Origin: Candidatus Woesearchaeota archaeon
GTDB taxonomy: Archaea; Nanobdellota; Nanobdellia; Nanobdellales; CAZNIQ01
Assembly (NCBI GenBank): GCA_964573185.1
Contig: CAZNIQ010000018.1
Span: forward strand, 1 to 13,953
Direction of reading: 5' to 3'
Length of the DNA stretch: 13,953 bases
Part shown: in pieces, positions 13,780-13,953 of the stretch
Numbering within the stretch: position 1 is the first letter of the stretch
Layout: the number at the start of each line of letters is the position of its first letter
Notes under the pieces: generated by a model
What the model saw: only the letters and a program-made list of their open reading frames with translations
Told to the model about the DNA's origin: nothing
Databases searched by the model: none
Program-made: the position numbers and the translations under genes

Positions 13780-13901
13780 TGAAGATAATAATAAAAGTTA
13801 TACTTGCATTAATTATCCTAGTTCTATTAGTGTTATTATTGTACTACGTTACTAAAGGAACGCCAAACTTTTTTGAACAAATATTTATTAAATTATCATG
13901 A
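13779..13901 (+). CDS. 40-aa single-TM micro-protein (not in ORF track)
   Basis: Read by hand: the ATG overlaps the previous stop (TAATG at 13777..13781). The translation is MKIIIKVILALIILVLLVLLLYYVTKGTPNFFEQIFIKLS. Its TGA at 13899..13901 overlaps the next ATG (ATGA). Confidence 0.5.
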   Translation: MKIIIKVILALIILVLLVLLLYYVTKGTPNFFEQIFIKLS

Positions 13902-13953
13902 GAGGGTTGCTTTCAAAGATAATATGGATTATCATTGCTTTACTAATAGCTGT
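13898..13953 (+). CDS. 5' end of a further N-terminally anchored protein (runs off the right edge)
   Basis: The ATG at 13898 is in an ATGA overlap with the previous micro-ORF. The translation MRGLLSKIIWIIIALLIA... (basic residue then hydrophobic helix) remains open to the window end. Confidence 0.4.
   Translation, partial: MRGLLSKIIWIIIALLIA

Noticed and set aside
1-13953. CRISPR arrays, tRNA/rRNA genes, transposases/integrases or terminal inverted repeats
   Set aside because: I saw no periodic 25-40 nt direct repeats, no G+C-rich structured segments that would stand out in a thermophile's AT-rich genome, and no recombinase-like ORFs. Coding density leaves no room for such elements.

Overview
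This is an AT-rich window (roughly 30% G+C by eye) that is almost entirely coding and reads as a compact archaeal chromosome segment. The lineage cannot be fixed from sequence alone. The evidence for an archaeon is an archaeal-type LeuRS, a stand-alone Bud32 kinase, a THEP1 NTPase, a Pyrococcus-type single-cluster ferredoxin and FlaF/FlaG-like proteins. The proteins are K/E/I-rich as in hyperthermophiles, TATA-like boxes sit about 25 nt upstream of several ATGs, and there are no convincing Shine-Dalgarno motifs.

Layout: (i) Positions 1..7857 carry ten same-strand (minus) genes with overlapping or nearly abutting stops and starts. In transcription order they are an orphan P-loop ATPase, a PF06695-type small membrane protein, HtpX protease, a HerA/DUF87-like ATPase, a 539-aa membrane-anchored sequon-rich protein, THEP1 NTPase, ferredoxin, a FlaG-like protein, a FlaF-like protein, and a DUF2341 protein that runs off the left edge and is not in the ORF track. 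(ii) A 111-bp divergent promoter region contains a 12-bp perfect palindrome. (iii) The plus strand then carries Bud32 kinase, a metallophosphoesterase and leuS. (iv) From 12215 to the right edge there is a chain of six translationally coupled genes for single-pass membrane or Cys-rich extracytoplasmic proteins. Three of them are micro-ORFs (31, 49 and 40 aa) and one is an edge fragment; none of these four is in the ORF track.

I saw no rRNA, tRNA, CRISPR array, transposase or integrase. The most interesting candidates are two. One is the envelope/surface gene set: the HerA-like ATPase coupled to a DUF2341-like glycoprotein, plus FlaG/FlaF-like proteins and a second DUF2341 protein. The other is the right-hand array of coupled membrane micro-proteins and Cys-rich proteins. 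All family assignments come from motif recognition by eye and need profile or structure searches.
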